DNA of 64,000 nt from Candidatus Thorarchaeota archaeon (lineage in GTDB: Archaea > Asgardarchaeota > Thorarchaeia > Thorarchaeales > Thorarchaeaceae). Position 1 is the first letter of the stretch, and every line of letters begins with the position of its first letter. Shown here one piece after another: positions 49,040 to 59,085 of the stretch. The translations under genes were made by a program, and so were the position numbers. Location of the stretch: positions 1 through 64,000 of the forward strand of contig JBHLRZ010000013.1 of the NCBI GenBank assembly GCA_048882045.1. Direction: 5' to 3'. The notes below the pieces were generated by a model that searched no databases, was not told where the DNA came from, and saw nothing but the letters and a program-made list of their open reading frames with translations.

Positions 49040-50208
49040 GCATCTCCCCTCCTCAAGACTGTGACTACACACGTGGCACCTGTCCCGCCAAAGTTGTGGA
49101 TTACAGCTTTGTCGTGGTTAGGAACCTGGTTGGGACCAGCGTCACCAGTGAGCTCACGGTACGCAACTACGACTTGCTTGACTCCAGTGGCGCCTACTGG
49201 GTGTCCAACTGCTTTCAGACCGCCCATCGGATTGATTGGTCTATCACCGTCTAGAGCAGTGATTCCTTCCCGGACTGCTCTTGCACCCTCACCCGGCTTG
49301 AAGAGGCCGATGTCCTCACTGGCAATGATTTCCGCGATTGTGAAGCAGTCATGAACCACTGCGAAGTCCATGTCATCTGCTGTAAGTCCAGCCATCTTGT
49401 ATGCGGCTCTACTAGCATCAACAGAAGAACTGAATGACGTGAGGTCATCTCTATCACAGAGATTCATGGATGCAGATGCCTGACCGGAACCAATAATCTT
49501 CACGGGAAGGTCAGTATACTGTTTTGCCTTGTCATTAGAGGTTAGCACCAGTGCTGCAGCTCCGTCCGAGATGGGGGAGCAGTCGAACAGCTTCAATGGC
49601 CAAGCAACCACAGGAGGTCTCAACGCCTTCTCCATATCAATGGGTTTCTGGAACTGCGCCAAAGGATTGGTTGAAGCATTCTTGTGTGCCTTTATAGCAA
49701 CTCTAGCCATGTCTTCCTCTGTCGTTCCATACTTGTGCATATGCGCAACAGCAGCAATAGCAAAGACTCCTGGAAAAGTCAGGCCGATGCTTGATTCAAA
49801 TTGGTCATCTGCAGCTGCGGCAAGAGCTTCGGTCACCTCAGGAGTGGTTGATGAAGTCATCTTCTCAACTCCAGCAACAAGTACTGTGTCATACATTCCT
49901 GACTCAATAGCCATGACTGCAGCCCTCAAAGCAGTCGCACCGGACGCACAAGCTGCTTCGTGGCGTGTTGCGGGAAGTCCTTTCAGACCTGCAAAGTCGA
50001 GAAGTAATGGTGCAGTGTGACCTTGATGTATAAGCATCTCAGGGATGAAACTCCCGATGAAAGCAGCTTGAATATCTTTCTTTGGAATCCCAGCTTCTAT
50101 CGTCGCCTTGTCTACAGCCTCAGCAAACATCTCACGCTGTGTGATTCCTTCAAGCTTTCCAAACTTGGTTTGAGCACCGCTCACGATATTCGTATTTTTG
50201 AGGGGCAA
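49036..50208 (-). CDS. Thiolase (acetyl-CoA C-acyltransferase, archaeal/SCP2-type)
   Basis: EAACASG, GVEKM, DCSPISDGAAA, HDCF, GHPVGATG; start uncertain (TTG 50208). Confidence 0.92.
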   Translation of the reverse strand: MPLKNTNIVSGAQTKFGKLEGITQREMFAEAVDKATIEAGIPKKDIQAAFIGSFIPEMLIHQGHTAPLLLDFAGLKGLPATRHEAACASGATALRAAVMAIESGMYDTVLVAGVEKMTSSTTPEVTEALAAAADDQFESSIGLTFPGVFAIAAVAHMHKYGTTEEDMARVAIKAHKNASTNPLAQFQKPIDMEKALRPPVVAWPLKLFDCSPISDGAAALVLTSNDKAKQYTDLPVKIIGSGQASASMNLCDRDDLTSFSSSVDASRAAYKMAGLTADDMDFAVVHDCFTIAEIIASEDIGLFKPGEGARAVREGITALDGDRPINPMGGLKAVGHPVGATGVKQVVVAYRELTGDAGPNQVPNHDKAVIHNFGGTGATCVVTVLRRGDA

Positions 50209-50346
50209 TCGTCGAAACACCTCGTCTAAATGCACACCCCGCCATAAAATACGAGTACAAAAGTTTAGGGGCCTGAGAGCTTTTTCCTTTACTTAGGTAG
50301 CTAACCTTAATTCATCAATTCAGATACTCTCTCTGAGGTGTAACAG

Positions 50347-50730
50347 ATGATTTTACCGATGATTGTTGGTTTCGTCATCGGAAGGGTGGTTAGTAGAAAA
50401 TCATTGGTCTTAACAACTGCGCTCCTGATAGGCGCAGGAGTAGGATTGATTGCGAGTTACATGTTCATTCCCCTGCTGTATCCAATCTTCGCTGGAGATG
50501 CAGGATTAGTAGTTGGTCCTGAATTTCATTCCATTGGAATAATGATTCTTACGGAGAATTTTGTGATCTACAAGGAAGCAGTCTATATGATGACAAGATC
50601 CTATGTCATAGATTTAGTATTCATAATGACTGGTGGTATTTTCTCTGTAGTTGGAGCGTGGGAGGGAACCAGAAACAATTTGGTTCATCTTGAGGGGAAA
50701 AACGAATCAATATGGAGTTTTAACAAGTAG
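50347..50730 (+). CDS. Small membrane protein
   Basis: 3-4 hydrophobic segments; GAGGTG RBS. Confidence 0.55.
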   Translation: MILPMIVGFVIGRVVSRKSLVLTTALLIGAGVGLIASYMFIPLLYPIFAGDAGLVVGPEFHSIGIMILTENFVIYKEAVYMMTRSYVIDLVFIMTGGIFSVVGAWEGTRNNLVHLEGKNESIWSFNK

Positions 50731-50782
50731 ATCGTGCTTGCTAAGAGCGCTATTAAAACAGAGAATTGAGGTTGATATAAAA

Positions 50783-51163
50783 TTGATACTACCCTTTGTG
50801 TTAGGACTAATGATAGGCAGATTTGTTGGAAGGAAATTGATAGCTGCACTCATGGGATTGTCTTTCGGATTAGTATTAGGATTTATTTCAGGTTTTGAGG
50901 TCTTTCCTCTATTGTATCCATTTACGATAGTGCAAATTCCCTGGGTCGGTGTCCCAGAAATTCGGCGAGTGGGGATTTCACTGGCTATACCAGACTTTAT
51001 CCTCCTTCAAGAGTCCATTCATTTTCTATCCTATTCATTGACTTTCATGTCAATCCTCGTTGTGGTCAGTGTCATTGGAGCAATAATTGGAGTAATCATA
51101 GGTAGGAAATACAATCCAAGCGATTTGGACTCACCTTGGAGTGGATTGGATAGGGAACTGTAG
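50783..51163 (+). CDS. Small membrane protein, paralog of the upstream gene
   Basis: LILPFVLGLMIGRFV vs MILPMIVGFVIGRVV; shared PLLYP. Confidence 0.55.
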   Translation: MILPFVLGLMIGRFVGRKLIAALMGLSFGLVLGFISGFEVFPLLYPFTIVQIPWVGVPEIRRVGISLAIPDFILLQESIHFLSYSLTFMSILVVVSVIGAIIGVIIGRKYNPSDLDSPWSGLDREL

Positions 51164-51213
51164 TCGTTCCCAAGACATAAAAGTCAGTCAACAGTGAACA
51201 GTTCTGATTGACA

Positions 51214-52416
51214 ATGGACTTCTCACTATCTGATACAGAGCAGAAACTATGGGAACGGGCAAAGGAGTTTGCCAGCGAGCACATCACTCCACGGGCTCAT
51301 GAGCTCGAAAAGAAGAACGAATTTCCAAAGGATGTTGTTCAAAAAGCCTATGAAGCAGGTCTGATGAACTTACATATCCCACGTGAGGCAGGAGGACCAG
51401 GACTATCCTTGCTAGCAGAAACCCTCGTTTCTGAAGCAACAGGATACGGATGTGCAGGTATGGCCACCTCTATCATGTGTAACAATCTAGCATTCGCACC
51501 TCTCGTGATTGGAGCTACAACTGAGCAACTGAAGAAGTATGTTGAACCCTTGATTACAGGAAAAGATGCGAAATTCGGTGCATTTTCATTGACTGAAAGG
51601 AAGGCAGGTTCAGATGCAGCTGCAGTGGCTACTAGAGCTGTGCGTGATGGAGACGAGTACGTAATCAATGGTATGAAGTGTTGGATCACAAATGCTCCAG
51701 TGGCATCCCTCTTCACAGTCTTTGCGTCAACTCAACCAGATCTGAAGCACAAAGGGCTTTCAGTGTTCATGGTACCAAAAGGGAAAGGTGTGAAGATTGG
51801 GCACATTGAGAACAAAGTAGGTCAGCTCAATTCAATTCAGAGCGAAGTCATTTTTGAAGATGTTCGGGTACCTTCAGATTGCCTGGTTGGAAAGGAGGGT
51901 GATGGATTCAAGATCGCAATGATGACCCTCGACAAGACCCGGGCAGGAATCGCAGCTATTGCGACGGGAGTAGCTCAGCGAGCAGTTGACGAAGCAGCGA
52001 AATTTGCCAATATCCGTCACCAGTTTGGACAACCAATAGGTAAATTCCAAGGTATTAGCTTCACCCTGGCAGACATGGGTGCAAAGACAGCTGCAGCACG
52101 GTGGCAGACAAGATACGCAGCATGGTTAGCTGACCAAGGTCTACCCAACTCCAAAGACTCTGCATTTGCCAAATTCTTTGCATCAGACACAGCGATGCAG
52201 AATGCCATTGAATGCATTCAGATCATGGGTGGCTATGGTTATGTCAACGAGTATCCAGCTGAGAAACTGATGCGAGATGCCAAACTCCTTCAGATCTATG
52301 AGGGTACAAACCAAGTCCAGCGTTTGGTAGCTGGAAGTGCGATTCTCAAGGAGTCTGTCAACCTAGATACTGGTTTCCGATTCAAGTATGATGGGCGTGA
52401 TGCCCCAATTCTTTAG
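51214..52416 (+). CDS. Acyl-CoA dehydrogenase
   Basis: FSLTE..AGSD, INGMKCWITN, R.QFG.PI, GGYGY..EYP.EK..RDAK..QIYEGT. Confidence 0.95.
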   Translation: MDFSLSDTEQKLWERAKEFASEHITPRAHELEKKNEFPKDVVQKAYEAGLMNLHIPREAGGPGLSLLAETLVSEATGYGCAGMATSIMCNNLAFAPLVIGATTEQLKKYVEPLITGKDAKFGAFSLTERKAGSDAAAVATRAVRDGDEYVINGMKCWITNAPVASLFTVFASTQPDLKHKGLSVFMVPKGKGVKIGHIENKVGQLNSIQSEVIFEDVRVPSDCLVGKEGDGFKIAMMTLDKTRAGIAAIATGVAQRAVDEAAKFANIRHQFGQPIGKFQGISFTLADMGAKTAAARWQTRYAAWLADQGLPNSKDSAFAKFFASDTAMQNAIECIQIMGGYGYVNEYPAEKLMRDAKLLQIYEGTNQVQRLVAGSAILKESVNLDTGFRFKYDGRDAPIL

Positions 52417-52530
52417 ACTGTTGTGACCGTGTAGTCAATACACGGTCCTACATACTCTTTTTCACAATGGGTTACTTACTTAAGACCGAAAGACTCCAGC
52501 CAACTCAACACTGACTGGAGTATAACAACC

Positions 52531-53277
52531 TTGGGCGAGAATGAAACAATTCACACTATCAAGAATCGCCGAGCCATAAGGGACTATGACACAAGCAAAG
52601 ATGTGCCAGATGAACTTGTGTATCAGGTGATTGAGGCTGGTGGATATGCACCCAGCGCTGAAAACCAGCAGCCATGGAGGATTATTGTTGTCAGAGACAA
52701 AAAGCTGCAAGAGTTCATCGGGCAGAAGGCTGTCGATAGGACAATCGAGCTCTTCGGTCGTGCAACACCCAGAGAGGAACTCGAGCGAAGACTTAGCTAT
52801 ATCAAGTCAAAAGCTAGTCTTGAGCGCACCATTGACATCCTAATCTCAGGGGAACGCTTTGAGTACATCAAGGGAAAACCTGAAACTTATGGTGCACCTG
52901 TACTTCTAGTCCTAGCAGTGGATCAGACACATGTTGGAAACTCACAGGCAACTCTTAGGGGAACCGGTGGAGTCTATGGTTGGTCTTCACCTAGACATGC
53001 TGTTATTGCAGGTGCAATGATGATGCAGAACATGACACTTGCAGCTACGGCACTGGGACTAGGCAGCTGTGTATCATCAGTCCAGCTGGATCACTTCGAC
53101 GATGTAGGAGCTATCTCAGAGAAACTGGGCATCCCTTATCCACACTGGGTGCCAATTCTATGCTTAACTCTAGGTTATGCGCTGAACGAAAGGACTCTCG
53201 GACCGCCACGGCAACCGCCGGAGGAGATTGCTTTCCTCAATAAATGGGGAGATGCATTCAAGGGGGGTAAGAAATGA
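52531..53277 (+). CDS. Nitroreductase-family protein
   Basis: RRAIRDY, APSAENQQPW, QNMTLAATALGLGSC. Confidence 0.88.
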   Translation: MGENETIHTIKNRRAIRDYDTSKDVPDELVYQVIEAGGYAPSAENQQPWRIIVVRDKKLQEFIGQKAVDRTIELFGRATPREELERRLSYIKSKASLERTIDILISGERFEYIKGKPETYGAPVLLVLAVDQTHVGNSQATLRGTGGVYGWSSPRHAVIAGAMMMQNMTLAATALGLGSCVSSVQLDHFDDVGAISEKLGIPYPHWVPILCLTLGYALNERTLGPPRQPPEEIAFLNKWGDAFKGGKK

Positions 53278-53822
53278 ACGATCTAAATATACTGAGAACA
53301 AGCTTTGTTGCGCTTCTTGATGGTCTATGGTGGGGATTGAGGGATAATACTGGTCCTCTCTCTATGTACGAGGGTTATGCCCGCGGATTCAAACAGATGG
53401 GTCTCGAAATTGCAGAGATGGCAGGGGGAAAAGGTGCTATTGCTGCAGCGGAGATAGCTGGCAAGATGTTTAGTGCCATAGGTCTCGATGTGGATGTAGA
53501 TGAAAAGGAGATCATCGTGAAGAAGTGCCCCGTTTTAAACAGGATTCAAGAACGTGGGCTCGAATTTGCCTTTCATGTTGAAGAGATATGTTGGATGCCG
53601 ATGCTTGAAGGGATAGGTGAGAAGACCGGGGCGAAGCCAGAAATGGAAATATCACTACGGCTTGCTCAATTAGAGGCTGCGAAAATTTCTTACAAGAAAG
53701 GGAAGGCCAAGACCGCCTTAGAAAGAGGAAGCATCACAAAAGAGCAGTATGACAAGGAAATAGTTATGCTGGATGAGTCCTTAGAAAAAGCACCAACATT
53801 TGGCCATTATCGATTCAAGTAA
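53274..53822 (+). CDS. Hypothetical protein, possible V4R/HNOX-like fold with helical tail
   Basis: IIVKKCPV...EEIC pattern; ATGA overlap with the nitroreductase. Confidence 0.5.
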   Translation: MNDLNILRTSFVALLDGLWWGLRDNTGPLSMYEGYARGFKQMGLEIAEMAGGKGAIAAAEIAGKMFSAIGLDVDVDEKEIIVKKCPVLNRIQERGLEFAFHVEEICWMPMLEGIGEKTGAKPEMEISLRLAQLEAAKISYKKGKAKTALERGSITKEQYDKEIVMLDESLEKAPTFGHYRFK

Positions 53823-53841
53823 GAGAGGTAGGCAAGAGGAA

Positions 53842-55107
53842 ATGGAAAATCTAGAGAAGGCAGGACTTGCTTTCAACTACAATAAAGTACCAGATACAAA
53901 GTCTAAGTCCCTTCCGAAGCGAGTATATATTTGGGATGAAACTCTTCGGGATGGTGAACAAACTCCAGGAGTGGCCCTTACTATAGATGAGAAGATTGAG
54001 ATAGCAAAGAAGCTTGATGAAGTGGGTACAGCCATTGTAGCAGTTGGTTTTCCAGCAGTCAGTAATGAAGAGAAGAAAGCAGTTAAAGCCATAGCAAAAG
54101 AGGGTCTCGACAAGGCTGTTGTTGCAGCTCCAGCGCGGGCTGTTAGGTCTGATATCGATGCCTGTATCGAAGCAGGAGTCGACGAGGTTCCAGTTTTCAT
54201 TGCAACTTCTGATTTTAGGTTGAAGTATCAGTTGAGAATGTCTAGAGAACAGATGCTTGAACGATTGACAGAGTGCATTGAGTATGGTAGAGAGCACGGT
54301 CTCACAATTGACTACATCGCAGAAGACTCAACTCGAAGTGATATGGACTTTCTCTGTAGTGCCTACAGGACAGCAATCGATGCAGGAGCTGACAAAATCT
54401 GTGTCGCGGACACTGTAGGCTTTGTACGACCTGAAGTGATGAAATTCATCGTTCGCGGAATCAAGGAACGACTCTGGACCAAGTCCAAGTACAAAGTACC
54501 TATGTCTGCTCACTGCCATGATGACTTCGGGTTAGCGACTGCAAACACTCTTGCAGCGATAGAGGAAGGAATCACATATCCCCAGGTCTGTGTCAATGCC
54601 TACGGAGAAAGGGCAGGGAATGCAGCTTTCGAGGAGGTAGTGATGACCTTGGAGGAGCTTTACGGAATTGACACAGGTGTAGAAACCGAGAAGCTCTTTG
54701 GACTCTCCAAACTTATTGAGCGACACTTTGTGGTACCGCTACCTCTCCACAAGGCAATAAGTGGGGACAATGCCTTCACTCACTCTAGTGGTATCCACTC
54801 CCATGGCCAGCTTACACATTCAATGACCTATGAACCGATCAGCCCAACTCTTGTAGGACGACGGCGGGAGTTTCACCTGGGGAAATTTGTAGGAAGACAC
54901 TTTGTTGAATACTTGCTAAAGATGGGTGGAGTAAAAGCAACTCCTGAGCAAGCTAGAGAGATAACTGAACGAGTGAAACGCACACATGAAGAAAGAAAGA
55001 AAACCCAGTCCAAAGTAGCATTTGACAAGATCAAGGGAGACCTCAAAGCTCTCAGGACAGGGGTTACTGAACGTGAGTTCTGGGCTATTGTCTTCGATGT
55101 GATTTGA
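53842..55107 (+). CDS. LeuA-family (DRE-TIM) synthase lacking the C-terminal regulatory domain (homocitrate/isopropylmalate-type)
   Basis: DETLRDGEQTPG, EDSTRS, DTVG, HCHDDFG, GERAGNA, HSSGIH. Confidence 0.88.
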   Translation: MENLEKAGLAFNYNKVPDTKSKSLPKRVYIWDETLRDGEQTPGVALTIDEKIEIAKKLDEVGTAIVAVGFPAVSNEEKKAVKAIAKEGLDKAVVAAPARAVRSDIDACIEAGVDEVPVFIATSDFRLKYQLRMSREQMLERLTECIEYGREHGLTIDYIAEDSTRSDMDFLCSAYRTAIDAGADKICVADTVGFVRPEVMKFIVRGIKERLWTKSKYKVPMSAHCHDDFGLATANTLAAIEEGITYPQVCVNAYGERAGNAAFEEVVMTLEELYGIDTGVETEKLFGLSKLIERHFVVPLPLHKAISGDNAFTHSSGIHSHGQLTHSMTYEPISPTLVGRRREFHLGKFVGRHFVEYLLKMGGVKATPEQAREITERVKRTHEERKKTQSKVAFDKIKGDLKALRTGVTEREFWAIVFDVI

Positions 55108-55109
55108 AA

Positions 55110-55829
55110 TCACTCAAGAGACTTGCTAAGATTTCTCCTCATCAACACTCCAAAGTTCATTATCATAATCCCAAGCAGGAATGCAAGACCAAAACAATAG
55201 AGGACGATAATTTCTAATTCAGCTGTTGCAGGATTAAGACCCGAGAGCCAGTGACTCATCGTGAGATAATAGAGAACCTCTGTAATTAGAAACAGGGTAG
55301 CAATCACCATAGCCATTGTGATACCTCTTCGAAAGACAGTTGTGGCATGGGATGCTTCTTTGGTGACCTCTCCAAGTTGGTCCTTTACTGGTAGCGACTC
55401 GATTTTAACAAAGTGCCCCTTCAGGATCTGCTCTTTGACGAAGTTGTCTAACTTGGGCAAATCCATCTTTGTGTGGTCTGCTTCGATGAACGTCCCCCTC
55501 ACGAATTTGAATGCGGCACCTCCACTGAAGATGGCTAAGACAAATAGAACTATGGCAAAAACAACGACTTGCCAGAATGCAAAGAGGGCGAGTATGATTA
55601 CTACTAGGGTAAACATGACCAACATCTCAATTATCCCACCAGAGCTCTCAACACCGCCACCAAAGAGGAAACTGAGTTGTTTCAGGGCGTTAATTGCTAT
55701 CCAAGTCTGGTAGAAGCTCTCGTCACTAAGATTGAGATTACGTTCAATAGATTCCTTTACGTCATCTCGTTTTCCACCATAGATGGCAATCTTCATGGTA
55801 GGTTCGAATTCTTCATTCGACGTGCTCAT
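55110..55829 (-). CDS. Membrane protein
   Basis: Four hydrophobic helices. Confidence 0.6.
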   Translation of the reverse strand: MSTSNEEFEPTMKIAIYGGKRDDVKESIERNLNLSDESFYQTWIAINALKQLSFLFGGGVESSGGIIEMLVMFTLVVIILALFAFWQVVVFAIVLFVLAIFSGGAAFKFVRGTFIEADHTKMDLPKLDNFVKEQILKGHFVKIESLPVKDQLGEVTKEASHATTVFRRGITMAMVIATLFLITEVLYYLTMSHWLSGLNPATAELEIIVLYCFGLAFLLGIMIMNFGVLMRRNLSKSLE

Positions 55830-55930
55830 TCAATGATACCTCCCAACGCTATGGATTTCCGATGAATACTGTTTGATATAACAGTATCTAGACCGAATTC
55901 CTTTTCCGTGAATATGATGGTTGAGGGCAT

Positions 55931-56641
55931 ATGACAGACGCGTGGAGCGAAATCATGAAGGATGCCGCTGACGGAGTCGAGGGTGAGTACTATATTGAGC
56001 GAGATGATGGCAGGGTTGAAACGCTCCAAATCCTGGACTACATCAAACCGTTTTCAGAATGGTCAGAACCTGAAAAGCTTGCATTGAAGCATGCCAAAGG
56101 TAAAATTCTTGACATAGGTTGTGGCCTTGGGAGAGTTGCTATTCACCTTCAGAATCTAGGATTCCAAGTGGTGGGAGTAGATCTTGCCAAAGGAGCTATA
56201 GAAGCCTGCAGGAAACTTGGATTAAGAGAAGCGTATGTCATGTCAGCTGACAATCTTGATTTTCCTGATGCTGAGTTTGATACTGTTCTGCTTTTTGGCA
56301 ACAACTTCGGAATTCTGGGGATTGAGGACAAGGTTGTTGAGATGCTCCGTACATTGCACAGAATGACCTCCAAAGAAGGAGTTATACTGGCAGGAACAAT
56401 AGATGTTGAGCATACAGAGGATTCTGAGCATCTCGAATATCACAAATGGAATCTGTCCCGAGGAAAACCAAAAGGTCTGGTCCGAATACGGGTCAAATAC
56501 AAAGGCTGTGTTGACGACTGGGGCGATCTGTTTCATGCATTACCACGTGAGATGGAAACAATGGCGAACAAAGCAGGGTGGATATTGAAGAAAAAGTACC
56601 AGACTGGATCAGCCTACGTGGGTGTTTTGACAAAGAGTTGA
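55931..56641 (+). CDS. Class I SAM-dependent methyltransferase
   Basis: IERDDG, ILDIGCGLG, FDTVLLFGNNFG. Confidence 0.88.
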   Translation: MTDAWSEIMKDAADGVEGEYYIERDDGRVETLQILDYIKPFSEWSEPEKLALKHAKGKILDIGCGLGRVAIHLQNLGFQVVGVDLAKGAIEACRKLGLREAYVMSADNLDFPDAEFDTVLLFGNNFGILGIEDKVVEMLRTLHRMTSKEGVILAGTIDVEHTEDSEHLEYHKWNLSRGKPKGLVRIRVKYKGCVDDWGDLFHALPREMETMANKAGWILKKKYQTGSAYVGVLTKS

Positions 56642-56646
56642 GAAAT

Positions 56647-57174
56647 ATGACAATCTATGAACTTGGAAATAAGAAACCTGAGATCGCAGAATCAGCGTAT
56701 GTTCATCCTCAAGCTTCCGTCATTGGTGACGTGAAGATTGGAGAACGAGTGTTTGTAGCACCAATGGTGTCTATTCGTGGAGACCGTGGAAGAATCGTGA
56801 TTGGGGATGAAACTAACCTACAGGATGGAGTAGCAATACATTCCGATCCTAGCTTCACGACCAAGGTTGGTCGTCGAGTGAACATAGGACATAATGCTAC
56901 AATTCATGCTGCGGCAATAGGCGACAATGCGGCTATAGGAATGGGAGCTGTGCTTATGCTTGGGAGTAAGGTCGCAGATGGAGCGATGATTGCCAACTCC
57001 GCCCTATTGCATACCAAAACAAAAACTGAGTCCAACAAGATTTATGCTGGAGTTCCTGCAAAGTACATGAGAGACCTCGATCCTGAAGGAGAAGCTAGGA
57101 AGGCAATAGATGACTACATAGACTCATACATCGAAAACACGAGGACATACAAAGCAGAACTGGAAGAGGTTTGA
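56647..57174 (+). CDS. Gamma-carbonic anhydrase-like hexapeptide-repeat protein
   Basis: VIGDV.IG, IRGD, NLQDG..IH, IGHNATIH, GVPAK. Confidence 0.88.
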   Translation: MTIYELGNKKPEIAESAYVHPQASVIGDVKIGERVFVAPMVSIRGDRGRIVIGDETNLQDGVAIHSDPSFTTKVGRRVNIGHNATIHAAAIGDNAAIGMGAVLMLGSKVADGAMIANSALLHTKTKTESNKIYAGVPAKYMRDLDPEGEARKAIDDYIDSYIENTRTYKAELEEV

Positions 57175-57272
57175 TGCTAAATTTCAGCAATTGGTTAGCA
57201 CTGAGAGACCCTCGATTGCTCTGATGTACCATGTTATACAGGATTTTCTCAGGTATTTTGTGGCGAAACACA

Positions 57273-57503
57273 ATGGAACGAGCAATTACTGGTTCTATCA
57301 TCTCAGCCCAATTGGGCAACCTTGGTAAGAAGAAATATGGATTCATCGGAGTAAAGACTGAAGATTTGAAGGAATTCAAGATCAAAGTGGCTGCTGAAAC
57401 GAAGTATGAAACATTGGACGTCGGGTCAAGAGTCCATATCGTAGCTGAACTAATTGGCGATATGGGAATCATGACTGCCAAGTCAATTATGTTTGTCCAG
57501 TAG
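57273..57503 (+). CDS. Small OB-fold (cold-shock-like) protein 1
   Basis: TGSIIS..G..KKYGFIG...YETLDVGSRV...TAKSI. Confidence 0.65.
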   Translation: MERAITGSIISAQLGNLGKKKYGFIGVKTEDLKEFKIKVAAETKYETLDVGSRVHIVAELIGDMGIMTAKSIMFVQ

Positions 57504-57574
57504 TTTACATGGCTAGATGTAAAATCAAATGACAGTACCCATATCTTTTTGAGTATTTTAACAATAGTTAATGT

Positions 57575-57856
57575 ATGAAGCAGGTAAGTGGTAAGATAAT
57601 CTCAGCAGACCTGGGACAGTTCTCAAAGAAAGAGATTGTCTATGGATATATTGGAATTGAGCTTCCAGATAAGTCCCACATCAAAATCAAGATAGATAGC
57701 TACACTTGGTATGAAACATTATCAATTGGTGACGAAGTGGTTGTGGAGGTTGAGAAACTAGCCAACACGGAGATTCTTGTGGCAAGGAAAGTCCGACTCG
57801 AATCAAGCCTGGAGATGGAGAGCAAAGATAGGAAGCATGTTGAAACATCTGCATAG
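57575..57856 (+). CDS. Small OB-fold (cold-shock-like) protein 2
   Basis: SGKIIS..LG...YGYIG...YETLSIGDEV. Confidence 0.65.
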   Translation: MKQVSGKIISADLGQFSKKEIVYGYIGIELPDKSHIKIKIDSYTWYETLSIGDEVVVEVEKLANTEILVARKVRLESSLEMESKDRKHVETSA

Positions 57857-57919
57857 CACATTGCACAGACAGATTAGGTTATACGTGAATCGAATTGGCG
57901 AGCAGACAGGCGAATTTCA

Positions 57920-58153
57920 ATGGCAGAGAAGATTTTCACCGGATCAATAATTTCAACCCAATTGGGTAGCATGGGAAAGAAGGCCTATGGATTCATTGGC
58001 ATTGAAACCGAAGAGAAAGAACATCTCAAACTCAAAGTAGCAGCTTTCACTGAATACGACACTCTTGAAATGGGTCGTCGAGTTCATGTAGTTGCTGAAC
58101 ACATCGGAAACATGGATGTACTCACAGCCAAGACAATCTTTCTCGCAGAGTAG
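57920..58153 (+). CDS. Small OB-fold (cold-shock-like) protein 3
   Basis: TGSIIS.QLG..KKAYGFIG...YDTLEMGRRV. Confidence 0.65.
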   Translation: MAEKIFTGSIISTQLGSMGKKAYGFIGIETEEKEHLKLKVAAFTEYDTLEMGRRVHVVAEHIGNMDVLTAKTIFLAE

Positions 58154-58224
58154 GAACAGAGATACGCAGTATACTTTTAGAGGCTGATGTACATAATCAG
58201 TCAGTCAAGAAGAGAGGTAGAACT

Positions 58225-58602
58225 ATGCCAGACCTTCCATTGCGTTACTACTGTTATGTCTGTGGACACATCAATGACCTGATGCTGGAAGTACCACTTG
58301 CTCCTGAACTAGAAAGGAGTGAAATCAAGTGTGAGAACTGTGGTGATGTCACCCATCTACTTGTGACTGCATGTCCTGAATGCCAGCAAGCTTTCAGATA
58401 CTTCCTTTCGGATCTTGATTTTCCCAATGAGATTATTCAGCTTTCTGCAGCATATGTGAAACTGATTGAGGGAATCAGGGATAGTATAGCCAACCATATC
58501 GACGAGTTCAATGTTCCTCTTCCTGGAAAATGGTCAGTCAAACTAAACTGCGAGTGTGGGAAGGAATACCAGGCTGAGATTCCTCTGCCCAAAATCTCCT
58601 AG
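58225..58602 (+). CDS. Cys-rich zinc-finger protein
   Basis: CYVC, CENC, CPEC, CEC. Confidence 0.7.
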   Translation: MPDLPLRYYCYVCGHINDLMLEVPLAPELERSEIKCENCGDVTHLLVTACPECQQAFRYFLSDLDFPNEIIQLSAAYVKLIEGIRDSIANHIDEFNVPLPGKWSVKLNCECGKEYQAEIPLPKIS

Positions 58603-58607
58603 TTTGT

Positions 58608-59045
58608 TTAACCAACTTGAATTTCTGTTTCGAGACGAACAGGAGTCAAGAGCGAGTTGCTAATGGGACAAGTCGTATGAGCCATATCTATGGCTTTCTG
58701 GACCTTATCACGGTAGGATTCATCTTCTATCACGACATGAACCTTCAGGAGAATCTCATCGAACCTCCAAATCCCATCATGTTCTCCCATAATTCCTGTA
58801 GCATCAATAGTGGCATCTTTGAAGCTGGTGTGTAGCACAGCTGCAGTTCGAAACATCATAACAAGTTGACAGGATGCTGAAGCTGCAAGAAGCATGCTAT
58901 GCGGAGTATGAAATCCCTCAGGAGCATCTGGCCACCAGTCAGCAGATGTTGTGACCTCAAACTCTTCCATATCATGCATCTTAACTCCAGCAAACATCGG
59001 ACGAGTTACACGGGCGCGTAGACTATAGACATGCTCATCTATCAT
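58608..59045 (-). CDS. OsmC/Ohr-family protein
   Basis: TP..LLAASASC ... AH..CPISNSL. Confidence 0.85.
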   Translation of the reverse strand: MIDEHVYSLRARVTRPMFAGVKMHDMEEFEVTTSADWWPDAPEGFHTPHSMLLAASASCQLVMMFRTAAVLHTSFKDATIDATGIMGEHDGIWRFDEILLKVHVVIEDESYRDKVQKAIDMAHTTCPISNSLLTPVRLETEIQVG

Positions 59046-59048
59046 GTT

Positions 59049-59080
59049 AATAACTTATTTATATTTATTAATAAGTTATT
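59049..59080. promoter_or_regulatory. 11-bp inverted repeat flanking an AT-rich TATA-like core upstream of the osmC paralog
   Basis: AATAACTTATT (59049-59059), N10, AATAAGTTATT (59070-59080). Confidence 0.5.
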
Positions 59081-59085
59081 TGATA

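Noticed and set aside
48650-50208. Thiolase-DUF35 as part of the mevalonate (HMG-CoA synthase) complex
   Set aside because: No HMG-CoA synthase is adjacent; the nearby acyl-CoA dehydrogenase fits ordinary acyl-CoA metabolism
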